DNA from: a virus
DNA: 36,042 nt
Virus genome (UHGV): UHGV-0206538
Strand: one strand, 5' to 3'
Position numbers and translations under genes: made by a program. Every line of letters begins with the position of its first letter. Position 1 is the stretch's first letter. The notes under the pieces were generated by a model. That model saw only the letters and a program-made list of their open reading frames with translations. It was not told the DNA's origin and searched no databases. This document shows, piece after piece, positions 1-9,263 of this stretch.

Positions 1-27
1 GTGCTATCCAAGAATAGGAGGGATAGT

Positions 28-1884
28 ATGGGTTATGATGGCTCGTTAAAATTTGATACGGAAATAAATGAATCCGGATTTAATTCCGGAATTTCTAAAC
101 TTGGTGGAATAGCCAAGAAAGGCGCAGGAGTGGCAGTTGCTGCGGTTGGCGCTGTGACGGCTGCGCTTGGAGCTGGTGTTGTAGCCGGAGTAAAATACAA
201 TGCATCCATAGAATCTTACCAGACATCATTTGAGGTTATGACTGGATCCGCGGAAAAGGCTGCGGAAGTAATCGACAAATTGAAGAAAGTAGGAGCAGAA
301 ACGCCGTTTGAGCTTCCGGATTTAGCAGATACCACACAGTTATTGATGAACTATGGCTTTAGCGCAGACGAAGCTATGGACAAAATGATGATGCTTGGTG
401 ATATTTCACAGGGCTCAGCGGAAAAGATGTCCAGAATTGCCACTGCTTACGGACAGATGTCATCCGCCGGAAAAGTGTCTCTGGAAGATGTCAAACAGAT
501 GATCGAAGCCGGATTTAACCCATTACAGGAGATTTCCGAGAGCACAGGGGAGTCGATGGCATCCTTGTATGACAGGATCAGTAAAGGGACAATCTCTGTG
601 GATGAGATTACCGCTTCCATGCAGAGAGCAACGTCTGAGGGTGGCAAGTATTTCCAAAGCATGGAGAAGCAAAGCCAGACTTTTAGCGGACTCATCTCAA
701 CTCTGAAAGACAATGCACAACAGCTCTTAGGCGAAGTTGTTAAACCTATATCTGATGGATTGACGGAATCGTTATTACCTGCGGCGATCAGTGCGATTGA
801 GCAGCTTACGCAAGGATTTGAAGAAAATGGTGTTTCTGGCATGATTCAGGCTGCCGGAAACATTGTAAATGGATTGATTACCGGAATAATGGAAAATGCT
901 CCATTTCTTATTTCTACCGGAATGGAGCTTCTGAGTCAGTTTTGGCTTGGAATTGCAACAGGACTTCCAGAATTGATTGTAAAAGGGTTTGAGATTGTAA
1001 CGCAGTTAGCTCTTGGAATCATGCAGAATTTGCCGCAGTTGGTTACCCAAGGTTCCGCAGCTATTACAAATTATGTAAGTGGACTCTTATCAGCGCTTCC
1101 ATCCGTGTTACAATCCGGCGTCCAGATGGTTTTACGCCTTGTGGATGGAATTATAAACAATTTGCCGGCTATCGTATCCGCTGCAGCTCAGGCGATAGCG
1201 CGGTTTGTAGCCAGCATCGCAAGTAATCTTCCACAGATTTTATCCACTGGAATTAAAATTATCGGAGAGTTAGCTTCTGGCTTGATTCGAGCTATACCAA
1301 ACCTTGTAGGTAAAATACCGCAAATCATTTCCTCTATCAAAAACGCATTTTTAAGTGTCGATTGGCTTAGCGTTGGAGTCAACATCATAAAGGGAATTGC
1401 ATCCGGTGTTGCTTCTGCAGCCGGACAGCTAGTAGATGCTGCTGTAAGTGCTGCTACAGACGCTCTGAATTGGGTCAAGAGCAAGCTTGGAATCCATTCC
1501 CCGTCCCGTGTATTTAGAGACCAAGTCGGAAAAAATATGGCTCTTGGTATTGGCGTAGGATTTAAAGACAATATTCCGTATAAAGATATGGAAAAACAGG
1601 CAAACAAGATGGTGTCTCGGATACAGGGAGCTGCTCTTGGAGTTACAACGTCTGCAAGCCCGACAGCAAGCGGATATGTCGCTTCCAGATCGGCGGTCAG
1701 AACGACAGATAATAACGAGCTACTCTACGCAGTAGATCGTCTATCCAGACTTGCCAACAGACCACTAGAGATTGTTAATAAAATTGACTCTGTAGAGACA
1801 TCCAGAGTACTTGCCACTCCGATGCAAAACCAGATTAAAAAGAATCAAGATTTTAAAAAGATGTTAGGAGGGGACAGAAATTGA
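28..1884 (+). CDS. Phage tail tape measure protein; true start is the ATG at 28 with AGGAGGG 5 nt upstream, and bases 1-27 are non-coding
   Basis: Ala/Gly-rich N-terminus. Long run of ~30-aa periodic hydrophobic repeats (…NLPQLVTQG…, …NLPAIVSAA…, …NLPQILSTG…). Sits immediately before Dit/Tal-like genes. Confidence 0.8.
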   Translation: MGYDGSLKFDTEINESGFNSGISKLGGIAKKGAGVAVAAVGAVTAALGAGVVAGVKYNASIESYQTSFEVMTGSAEKAAEVIDKLKKVGAETPFELPDLADTTQLLMNYGFSADEAMDKMMMLGDISQGSAEKMSRIATAYGQMSSAGKVSLEDVKQMIEAGFNPLQEISESTGESMASLYDRISKGTISVDEITASMQRATSEGGKYFQSMEKQSQTFSGLISTLKDNAQQLLGEVVKPISDGLTESLLPAAISAIEQLTQGFEENGVSGMIQAAGNIVNGLITGIMENAPFLISTGMELLSQFWLGIATGLPELIVKGFEIVTQLALGIMQNLPQLVTQGSAAITNYVSGLLSALPSVLQSGVQMVLRLVDGIINNLPAIVSAAAQAIARFVASIASNLPQILSTGIKIIGELASGLIRAIPNLVGKIPQIISSIKNAFLSVDWLSVGVNIIKGIASGVASAAGQLVDAAVSAATDALNWVKSKLGIHSPSRVFRDQVGKNMALGIGVGFKDNIPYKDMEKQANKMVSRIQGAALGVTTSASPTASGYVASRSAVRTTDNNELLYAVDRLSRLANRPLEIVNKIDSVETSRVLATPMQNQIKKNQDFKKMLGGDRN

Positions 1885-3350
1885 GCCTATCAGTTAAGTT
1901 TAACGACCAAGAACTCGGAAAGTATTTAAACGTGCTTTCTGGGTTCTCCCCATTTAGCGGGGTAGACCGTGAAACAGAACTTTTGGACGGCGCAGAATCG
2001 TGCAAAGGGGAAGATTACGGGTATACAACTTATAAGTCCAGAACGATAGAAATGCCGTTTGAGTTTGTTGGGGACATCGCAGAGAGCTATAATGCAATCC
2101 AGAAGATTTTGAATGTCGCAGAGCCAAAAAAACTTGTTTTTGGGAATTATCCAGACCGTTACTTTTATGCGATACCGGACGGAAGCCTTGATGTGACACA
2201 GGTTGCGATTTTTGGAAAAGGCACAATCACATGGCTAATCCCTGACGGGGTAGCATACTCCACCGCAGAATTCGACTTTTATGGAGTCCAACAGAGCGGC
2301 TACCAGACAATTACCATCCAAAACAACGGCACCGAATGGGCAGATGTGGACTACGAGATCACACACAATCATGAAAACGGATTTATCGGACTTGTGAGCC
2401 AGTACGGAGTGATCCAGCTAGGGAAAGAGGAAGAAGCAGACGGAGAGAATTACAAAGCGTCTGAAAACCTGTTTGATGGATACAGCCTGTTTCAAGATGA
2501 TCATGGAACCTCTTATCAGAATCCGGAAAACACCACACAGGGAACACTCGAAGTTAAGAATGTTGCCGGATATAACGTGATGGCATTAAAAGGTGGACAG
2601 GCAACATCCGGGTACTGGAACGGTGGAATGAAAACACTTACTATCCCAGTGGACAGCGAGGGCAGACGTGGGGCGAAGAACTTTTATTGCTACACCCAAC
2701 ACTGGTTTGAGACTGGCTTAATGGGACAGACAGGAGCACAGACCATTGCATTTCTGACAGGAGATAATAAGGTGATTTGCGCCATGTCTATTAACAAAAG
2801 TGATACGGTTGGAAACACAGCTCGTGTCGAGTGGTTTGCTCCCGGAAACACCTTAATCAGACGAGAAGAGTTCCAGCCGACAGCCTACGAGGGCAATCCG
2901 TTTAATCTTAAAATGGGATGCCACAACGACTTTCTAAAAGAGGGCGAAAAGCTGCGGATTTTTTGGTATGGGACCTACATGGAGCGAAATATACCGGAGA
3001 TCAAAGATATGGAATGTGAGAAGATACAGGTCTGGATTGGACAGTGGGGAGATCGGAATCTTTCGAACCAGTATGTTACGCACAATTATTTAAAAAGCAT
3101 CCGGTTCAGAAAGGACAATGTTGATAAGTATAAGGATGTGCCGAACCGGTATCGTGCCGGTGACGTGGTTTCTATAGATGGAGAGAGTACGAAAGTCTAT
3201 GTAAACGGGATGCCGGCAAAAGGAGATGAGATTAATGGATCAAATTATCCAAAAGTTCCACCCGGAACAACAGAAGTGCAGTTCTGCTATTCTTCCTTTT
3301 CATCTCCACCGCCGCATATCAAAGCAAAAATACGGGAGGTATACTTGTAA
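1881..3350 (+). CDS. Distal tail protein (Dit, siphovirus tail component), long form with inserted domain
   Basis: 489 aa, overlaps the tape-measure stop (ATGA-type coupling), followed by Tal-like gene; canonical siphovirus order. Confidence 0.55.
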   Translation: MSLSVKFNDQELGKYLNVLSGFSPFSGVDRETELLDGAESCKGEDYGYTTYKSRTIEMPFEFVGDIAESYNAIQKILNVAEPKKLVFGNYPDRYFYAIPDGSLDVTQVAIFGKGTITWLIPDGVAYSTAEFDFYGVQQSGYQTITIQNNGTEWADVDYEITHNHENGFIGLVSQYGVIQLGKEEEADGENYKASENLFDGYSLFQDDHGTSYQNPENTTQGTLEVKNVAGYNVMALKGGQATSGYWNGGMKTLTIPVDSEGRRGAKNFYCYTQHWFETGLMGQTGAQTIAFLTGDNKVICAMSINKSDTVGNTARVEWFAPGNTLIRREEFQPTAYEGNPFNLKMGCHNDFLKEGEKLRIFWYGTYMERNIPEIKDMECEKIQVWIGQWGDRNLSNQYVTHNYLKSIRFRKDNVDKYKDVPNRYRAGDVVSIDGESTKVYVNGMPAKGDEINGSNYPKVPPGTTEVQFCYSSFSSPPPHIKAKIREVYL

Positions 3351-5815
3351 TGGACAGCATTAGAATTGCGATTTTAAGTGCAAATAACACGCCTGTAGCG
3401 TTTATGGATAATGCGCATAAAAAATCCATGCACTACTGGGGAGACGAGCTGCACGAATACTTACAAGGTACGGCAAATACGTACACTTTTACGGTAAACG
3501 CAAAACATCCAGACGCAGAACATGTTACAGTCGGAAACAAGGTAGCCTTTACATACAAGGGTAAATCTTACTACTTAAATATTGTAAATACCGATCAGAC
3601 GGAGAAGATAATTACCGCTACGGCATGGTCTCTGTCATTTGAGCTTATAAACGAGGATGCTGGCGAATATAAAGCCGAAAAAGCAATGAGCTTTGCAGAG
3701 TACCTTACCGTATTTGACGCAGAGAGAACGCTGAAATTGGGGCTTAACGAGGTATCAGATAAACGGATCACCAATGAGTGGACAGGCACAACGTCTGTAT
3801 TAAAGAGGCTATTTTCTCTGGCTAACGTATTTTCGGCAGAAATCGAATTCGAGACAGTACTGAACAGAGACTACTCTTTAAAAGAGATTGTCCTAAATGT
3901 ATATCGAGAACACTCCGACACCAACAGCGGAGTCGGAGGATACCGGAATGACATCGTACTGAGGTACGGGAAAGGGATTGCCGGAATCCGTAAGACCACG
4001 GATGCAGAAAAGTTATATACATGCATCCAGCCGACCGGAAAGGACGGTCTGACAATCAATGGACTGGATAAAAAAGAATACGATGAGAATGGGAATATTG
4101 AGTACTTTACAGACGGCGCAATCATCCGGGCACCACAGGCAAGGGACCGGTTCCCATCCAATATCGTAAATAAGGCTGATGCTTATATCCTGATGCGAAA
4201 AGAGTACGATACAGACAGCAAGGACAAGCTCTATAGCATGGCACTATCTGACCTCAAGACAGCATCCGAACCAGTAGTGACCTACGAGGTGGATGGATAT
4301 TTTGACACCAACATCGGGGACACCGTGAGGATGCAGGATCAGGAGTGGACACCAGTGCTTTATCTACAGGCGAGAGTGTCCGAACAGGTGCGCAGTCTTA
4401 CAAATCCAAAGACAGCAAAGACGGTATTTACAAACTACAAAGAGCTGATGTCCGAAATATCCGACGATCTCATTAAGAGGATGCAGGACTTAATTAACAA
4501 AAACAAGGTCTACACCTGCTCAATTGCCACAAACAATGGGATTATCTTTAAAAACGGCATCGGCAGCACCACACTAACTGCCTACGCTTACAACAACGGT
4601 GTTGATGTGTCTGGAAATCTGGAAATCCGATGGAGTAAAGATGGGACAGAGTTTTATGTCGGTAGGAGCGTGACGGTTAATGCAGAGGATGTGGATGTTA
4701 AGGCGGTTTACTCATTTACGGCGTTTGAAAACGGCGTGCGTAGAGGATATTACGAGGTCACGATCACAAATGTGGAAGACGGGCAGGACGGTGTTGGAAT
4801 TAAGAGCGTTACAAAATATTACCTTGCGTCCGAAAGAAATACGGGTATTACGACATCCACTTATGGATGGACCACCACAATACAGACCATGACGGAGACA
4901 AAAAAATACCTGTGGAGTTACGAAACAATCGCCTACGCAGACGGAAATTCCACCAAGACAACTCCTGTGATTATCGGTGTGCGTGGGGATAACGGCGAGA
5001 CAGGGGATAGTGGTATTATTATATCCCCCACAGCGCCAGAAAACCCAAAGGTTGGACAGCTCTGGCAGACCGCAAGCGGAGAGCCGATTAAAAGATGGGA
5101 TGGAAGTAAATGGGTGATCTATTACATTTCTGTAGAGAATCTGAATGTAGAGACGCTAAGTGCGATTGCCGCAAACCTCGGAACTGTAACCGCTGGACTT
5201 ATAAAGAGTCTGGACGGACACTTTTTTATCCAAGTAAATACCGGAGAGATCTACTCTGAAGATGAAAACGGGATAAACAGCTCTGCAATAAGCAAGGGTG
5301 TATTTGCAGCGAATGGGATGGACAGCGGCAGACACACAAGCTTGTCTATATTCCCAACGCAGATTGCGCAGTATTTTGACGGAGCCACCATTTCAAACCT
5401 TGTTAATTTTAAACGGGACGGTATATTTGTTAAAAGCTCCGGATCATACGAAATGAACATATCTAAAGCAATAAATTATGACTCTGGAAAGATAAAAGGA
5501 CCATACGCCAGCACAAACTCATCCAACTATATACAGGCGGAGCTAAAAAGGAGAGGGTGCGTGGTTACATGTAAAATCACAGCGCTTATACAGTTCCCGA
5601 ATACAGGATCGCACGGGCCGTTTGATGAATTAAGGATCCCTATAGGATATCGACCAGCCGTAGACATAGTAGAGACGTACAGCGAATTGGTTGGTCCGTC
5701 AGTTATCGGGACTGGCAGATATTATATCTCAAAAGACGGAGGAATATCCATTGTAACTGGCAAGACAGACTACTGCGAACGCATAAAGACATTTACATGG
5801 ATCACGGATGACTAA
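3350..5815 (+). CDS. Tail-associated / minor structural protein (Tal-like, prophage tail endopeptidase-type N-terminus; C-terminal part is the probable receptor-binding region)
   Basis: 821 aa. N-terminal region resembles phage minor structural protein / tail endopeptidase family. It is the last tail gene before the lysis cassette. Confidence 0.5.
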   Translation: MDSIRIAILSANNTPVAFMDNAHKKSMHYWGDELHEYLQGTANTYTFTVNAKHPDAEHVTVGNKVAFTYKGKSYYLNIVNTDQTEKIITATAWSLSFELINEDAGEYKAEKAMSFAEYLTVFDAERTLKLGLNEVSDKRITNEWTGTTSVLKRLFSLANVFSAEIEFETVLNRDYSLKEIVLNVYREHSDTNSGVGGYRNDIVLRYGKGIAGIRKTTDAEKLYTCIQPTGKDGLTINGLDKKEYDENGNIEYFTDGAIIRAPQARDRFPSNIVNKADAYILMRKEYDTDSKDKLYSMALSDLKTASEPVVTYEVDGYFDTNIGDTVRMQDQEWTPVLYLQARVSEQVRSLTNPKTAKTVFTNYKELMSEISDDLIKRMQDLINKNKVYTCSIATNNGIIFKNGIGSTTLTAYAYNNGVDVSGNLEIRWSKDGTEFYVGRSVTVNAEDVDVKAVYSFTAFENGVRRGYYEVTITNVEDGQDGVGIKSVTKYYLASERNTGITTSTYGWTTTIQTMTETKKYLWSYETIAYADGNSTKTTPVIIGVRGDNGETGDSGIIISPTAPENPKVGQLWQTASGEPIKRWDGSKWVIYYISVENLNVETLSAIAANLGTVTAGLIKSLDGHFFIQVNTGEIYSEDENGINSSAISKGVFAANGMDSGRHTSLSIFPTQIAQYFDGATISNLVNFKRDGIFVKSSGSYEMNISKAINYDSGKIKGPYASTNSSNYIQAELKRRGCVVTCKITALIQFPNTGSHGPFDELRIPIGYRPAVDIVETYSELVGPSVIGTGRYYISKDGGISIVTGKTDYCERIKTFTWITDD

Positions 5816-5838
5816 AGGAGCGAATATGGAGATCAGAG

Positions 5839-5866
5839 CAAGACCGTGATGGTCTTATTTTTATAC
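5839..5866 (+). terminator. Rho-independent terminator after the tail operon
   Basis: AAGACC-gtgat-GGTCTT hairpin followed by ATTTTTAT. Confidence 0.45.
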
Positions 5867-5887
5867 TTAAAAAACCGGAGGGAAGAC

Positions 5888-6169
5888 ATGACAGAAAATG
5901 AAGTAGAAGTGAAACTTGCAGAGCATGGAAAAGAAATCGGCTCATTAAAGCATCGAATGAAAGAAGCAGAGGACGTTGTGAGCGTGGTACATCAATTAGC
6001 ACAGGAAATGGTGGGGTTGACCAAAGAGGTCGGCTTTATGAACCAGACGCTGGTGCAGTTAACCGCAAAAGTGACGCATCTGGAGCAGACACCAGCTAAG
6101 AGATGGGATGGGGTTGTTACCGCTCTCATTGGAGCTATTATCGGTGCAGTAGCAGCAATGCTTTTTTAA
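5888..6169 (+). CDS. xhlA: XhlA-family haemolysin-like lysis accessory protein (start moved to ATG 5888, RBS GGAGGG)
   Basis: MTENEVEVKLAEHGKEIGSLKHRMKEAEDV… coiled coil plus C-terminal TM helix (ALIGAIIGAVAAMLF), as in PBSX XhlA; located directly before the holin. Confidence 0.65.
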   Translation: MTENEVEVKLAEHGKEIGSLKHRMKEAEDVVSVVHQLAQEMVGLTKEVGFMNQTLVQLTAKVTHLEQTPAKRWDGVVTALIGAIIGAVAAMLF

Positions 6170-6182
6170 AGGAGGTAGAACC

Positions 6183-6431
6183 ATGAAAAAAATCAATTGG
6201 ATTGTAAGAATCAAAAACAAGGCATTCTGGGTGGCACTGATTCCGGCACTCTTGCTGTTGGTACAGGCTATTGCGGCAGTGTTTGGATTCGCGATCGATC
6301 TCGGAAACCTTGGAGACAAGTTGTTGACTGTAGTCAATGCGCTCTTTGCAGTACTGGCAATCCTTGGTGTAGTGGTAGACCCAACAACACCGGGAACAGG
6401 AGATTCAGATCGGGCGCTTACATATAAATAG
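6183..6431 (+). CDS. Holin, phage phi-LC3 family
   Basis: 82 aa. MKKINWIVRIKNKAFWVALIPALLLLVQ…VVDPTTPGTGDSDRALTY is the signature N- and C-terminus of phiLC3-type holins, with two TM segments. Strong RBS AAAGGAGG. Confidence 0.85.
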   Translation: MKKINWIVRIKNKAFWVALIPALLLLVQAIAAVFGFAIDLGNLGDKLLTVVNALFAVLAILGVVVDPTTPGTGDSDRALTYK

Positions 6432-6437
6432 ATTCTG

Positions 6438-6470
6438 GAGAGCTTGGAAACAGGCTCTCTTTTATTATGC
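6438..6470 (+). terminator. Hairpin plus T-tract after holin (probably a partial terminator)
   Basis: GAGAGC-ttggaaacag-GCTCTC followed by TTTTATTAT. Confidence 0.45.
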
Positions 6471-6484
6471 AAGGAGGTGAGAAC

Positions 6485-6571
6485 ATGAGCGAACAGAACG
6501 AATTTGGCAGAGTATCCGCAGAGGAACTGGAAAAGGTATTTGAGACAGAAGAACAGGAGGAACAGGAGTAA
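6485..6571 (+). CDS. Tiny acidic ORF (28 aa, MSEQNEFGRVSAEELEKVFETEEQEEQE) translationally coupled to the endolysin
   Basis: Excellent RBS AAGGAGGTGA 5 nt upstream; its TAA overlaps the ATG of the amidase (TAATG). Not in the ORF track because it is under 60 aa. Confidence 0.4.
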   Translation: MSEQNEFGRVSAEELEKVFETEEQEEQE

Positions 6572-7314
6572 TGAGTATCTGTAGAGGAATTGCCGGCAGG
6601 AGAGGGAAGAATCCTGTCGGTATTTTTATCCACAATGATGCAGGTGGCAATTCTCTGAATGCAGCTTATTGGGCTAATTCTTTAGCAAATGGTAGTCAGA
6701 ACAAAGAAAAAGGGTTCGCTCACGCATATTGCGGTAGCGATGGTGTTAGGCAGGTAGAGGATGACGCAAACTGTGCTTGGCATTGCGGAAATACAGACGG
6801 CAATATAAATTACCTGAGCATCGAAGTTTGTCAGAGTATGGGAGATTTGAACACATTTAAAGCAAATGAGGAGCGCGCTTTACAGTGGTGCGCTCAAAAG
6901 TGTAAGCAATATGGAATCACGCCTAATGAAAACACAATCCGATTGCATCAGGAAGTGTTTGCAACCGCTTGTCCGCACAGATCAGTGGAGATTCACGGCG
7001 GTGCAGCGCAGACAAAAGCCTATTTTATTAACCGTATCAAGGAGCTTATGAACGGAAACCAAAGCACAACGACAGATCAGGAAGGAGTAGAGGATATGCA
7101 GTGTATGTTTACAGTAGAGGGAAAAGGATGTGTTTATTGGATGCATGATGGAGTGGTTACAGCTTTAGCACACCCTGACGAGTTAAAAATCATTCAGCAG
7201 GTCTATAAGGATAACTTTGGGCATGATATGCCATGCTACAGTTGGGGCAAAAATGCACCATGGCATGTGAGACTGATGAACCCATTGTATCGTGAACCGG
7301 TTAAATCTATTTAA
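6571..7314 (+). CDS. Endolysin: N-acetylmuramoyl-L-alanine amidase (Amidase_2/PGRP fold) with an uncharacterised C-terminal domain
   Basis: GIFIHNDAG…AWHCG…IRLHQEVFATACPH pattern, consistent with the zinc ligand motifs of type-2 amidases. Downstream of holin. Confidence 0.8.
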   Translation: MSICRGIAGRRGKNPVGIFIHNDAGGNSLNAAYWANSLANGSQNKEKGFAHAYCGSDGVRQVEDDANCAWHCGNTDGNINYLSIEVCQSMGDLNTFKANEERALQWCAQKCKQYGITPNENTIRLHQEVFATACPHRSVEIHGGAAQTKAYFINRIKELMNGNQSTTTDQEGVEDMQCMFTVEGKGCVYWMHDGVVTALAHPDELKIIQQVYKDNFGHDMPCYSWGKNAPWHVRLMNPLYREPVKSI

Positions 7315-7319
7315 TAAAA

Positions 7320-7365
7320 ACCCCCTCGGAGATTAGCTCTCTGAGGGGAATAATATTATTTTCCA
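7320..7365 (+). terminator. Strong rho-independent terminator ending the lysis operon
   Basis: CCCCTCGGAGA-ttagc-TCTCTGAGGGG (11 bp stem with one G.U) followed by an AT-rich T-tract. Confidence 0.8.
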
Positions 7366-7386
7366 TCAAAATGTATTTTTAATAAA

Positions 7387-7414
7387 TTCAATTCAAACCC
7401 CTCTGTGCTATAAT
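7387..7414 (+). promoter_or_regulatory. Sigma-A-type promoter TTCAAT-16-TGcTATAAT (extended -10)
   Basis: Read directly; sits between the lysis terminator and the small ORF at 7445. Confidence 0.5.
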
Positions 7415-7444
7415 AATATATAGTCAATGCGAGGGGGAATAATC

Positions 7445-7624
7445 ATGGAATATCAGATCTACGAATCTTACGATACGTTTTTACTATATCAAGAGTTTTT
7501 GGAGATACCCGGTAATACTTTTAAATTCCGGCTGCCAGAAGGGATGATCCTGACAACCGAAATGATGCACACCTTTTTACGGGCGGCGTATATGAGTGTT
7601 GGACGGATGGATCTGCCGTCCTGA
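7445..7624 (+). CDS. Small hypothetical protein (59 aa) with its own promoter. Start moved to ATG 7445 (RBS GAGGGGG).
   Basis: MEYQIYESYDTFLLYQEFLEIPGNTFKFRLPEGMILTTEMMHTFLRAAYMSVGRMDLPS; no family recognised. Confidence 0.5.
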   Translation: MEYQIYESYDTFLLYQEFLEIPGNTFKFRLPEGMILTTEMMHTFLRAAYMSVGRMDLPS

Positions 7625-7639
7625 ATATTGTATCATTTA

Positions 7640-7689
7640 TTTTGTACTAATTATACTGCCCCAAATGGGGCTAAACACTTAGTACAAAA
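7640..7689. repeat. Perfect 11-bp inverted repeat TTTTGTACTAA…TTAGTACAAAA with a 28-bp spacer containing GCCCC-AAAT-GGGGC. Either the attP candidate for the adjacent serine recombinase or a bidirectional terminator.
   Basis: Read directly; ends 4 nt before the recombinase stop codon. Confidence 0.45.
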
Positions 7690-7693
7690 CAGA

Positions 7694-9094
7694 TTATAAA
7701 AAATCTACAGCTTTAATCGTATTGTCATCATTTAGGTAAATCTCCTGTATCGTGGATCTCCAAAAAGAACGCTTGTTTTCTGGAGACAGCGAATCATACA
7801 TCTGGCGAAAGTCAGTTTTTAATAATTCTTCTACATAATGCAGGTTTCTCGTCTCTTCTTCCTCGCAAAAAGCAGCAGAAGCGGAATATTCTCTCTCCAA
7901 TCTTTGGTACTCCTTATCGTAGTAATCGTAAGAGATCCGCCCCTTTTGAAATAACAAATTTAATCGTTCCATTTCTTTTCTAAGCTTTTTCGGATCTTTC
8001 GCTTTCTTTTGCTTTTTTAACTCTTCGCTGATCTGGTTGGTGCGAACCTTATACTTTTCGTACTCTCTTTCAAGATTTTCGAGCAGATATTTTTCGATAA
8101 GGTTCTGGCTTACCCTATGCCTATACGTGCAAATATGGTCTTTAAGCGCTCTATTGCAACGGTAGTAGCAGTATGTTCTTTTTTCTCCGGTTTTACGGTT
8201 GATAATTGATGAGCATCCGGTGCCAACTAATTTCTGTCCACATACAGGACAGCGCATCAAACCTGTAAATAGGTATACTCTGCCAGATGGTGTGCTTTTT
8301 ATATTTCTTTTCGAGATAGTTTGCATCTCATTCCATTCTTTTTCTGACAGGTAGGCGGGGCAATAAGGATACCCTCTGTACGTCCCCTTGTAAAATTCGC
8401 TCGATAACATTGTTCTCAACATTCCATAGCTAAAATCAATACCATAGACCTCTTGCATGTACCGGACAGCGCCCTTCTTGGAGTTATGATTTCTAAAATA
8501 TTCAAAAAAATCTTCCACCATGTGTTCTGTTTCCGAATCTTTAACCATGCATTTCTTCCCGTCCACGACACCTGTTTTATATCCAAAAGGCATATTTGCA
8601 TCTCCGAATATTAACTTCCTCTGTCTTATAGATGCTTCATTCACAAATTTAATTCGCTCGGATGTGGTGTCTACTTCATTTTGCCCGATCGACAGCACTA
8701 CATTTAACTGCAATCGTCCGTCTCTGGTCTCCATGTTTATTCCTGGCTCGGAAACCGAGATCCAACGCACTCCATGCTCATCAAGTACATCCTGGACCTT
8801 ATAGAAATCTGACAGATTTCGAAACCATCTGTCGAGTCTCCAGAAAATTATCACATCAATTTTATCCCTTTTTACGTCCTCTACAAGAGCGTGTATGGCT
8901 TTTCTTTTCTTCAATTCTTTTCTGGCAGTCTTTCCCTCGTCCGCATAGACACCTACTATAGACATATTGTTGTCTGTTGCGTATTGCTCCAGGCATTCTT
9001 TCTGTGCTTGCAGAGACTTGCCATGTACGCTCTGCTCAAATGTGGAGACGCGGATGTATATGGCACACCGCAGTATTTTTTCTGGCATTTGCAT
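7694..9094 (-). CDS. Large serine recombinase (phage integrase). True start is ATG at 9094 (RBS AAGGAGAG); the 534-aa track ORF carries a spurious N-terminal extension.
   Basis: N-terminal resolvase domain (…AIYIRVSTFEQ…, catalytic Ser in context). Recombinase domain. Zinc-ribbon CPVCGQKL…CYYRC. C-terminal coiled coil. Confidence 0.9.
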   Translation of the reverse strand: MQMPEKILRCAIYIRVSTFEQSVHGKSLQAQKECLEQYATDNNMSIVGVYADEGKTARKELKKRKAIHALVEDVKRDKIDVIIFWRLDRWFRNLSDFYKVQDVLDEHGVRWISVSEPGINMETRDGRLQLNVVLSIGQNEVDTTSERIKFVNEASIRQRKLIFGDANMPFGYKTGVVDGKKCMVKDSETEHMVEDFFEYFRNHNSKKGAVRYMQEVYGIDFSYGMLRTMLSSEFYKGTYRGYPYCPAYLSEKEWNEMQTISKRNIKSTPSGRVYLFTGLMRCPVCGQKLVGTGCSSIINRKTGEKRTYCYYRCNRALKDHICTYRHRVSQNLIEKYLLENLEREYEKYKVRTNQISEELKKQKKAKDPKKLRKEMERLNLLFQKGRISYDYYDKEYQRLEREYSASAAFCEEEETRNLHYVEELLKTDFRQMYDSLSPENKRSFWRSTIQEIYLNDDNTIKAVDFL

Positions 9095-9263
9095 CACTCT
9101 CCTTTTGTAAAATATATTTAAAATTGGTACAAAAATAACAGCCAGCGCAAAACATATGTTCCGCTTGCGTGACTGCCCCGAAGATGATACAATATTCGTG
9201 GATTTCAATCGCATATCTTCGGATATGTATACCGTCTCTGTTGGCGCAGGGGCGGTTTTTATT

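Noticed and set aside
447-1607. 131- and 139-aa minus-strand ORFs within the tape measure gene
   Set aside because: Antisense of the Ala/Gly-rich repeat region; typical shadow ORFs.
6197-6427. 76-aa alternative-frame ORF inside the holin gene
   Set aside because: The holin frame has the family-specific N- and C-termini and RBS; the alternative frame is Gly/Arg-rich nonsense.
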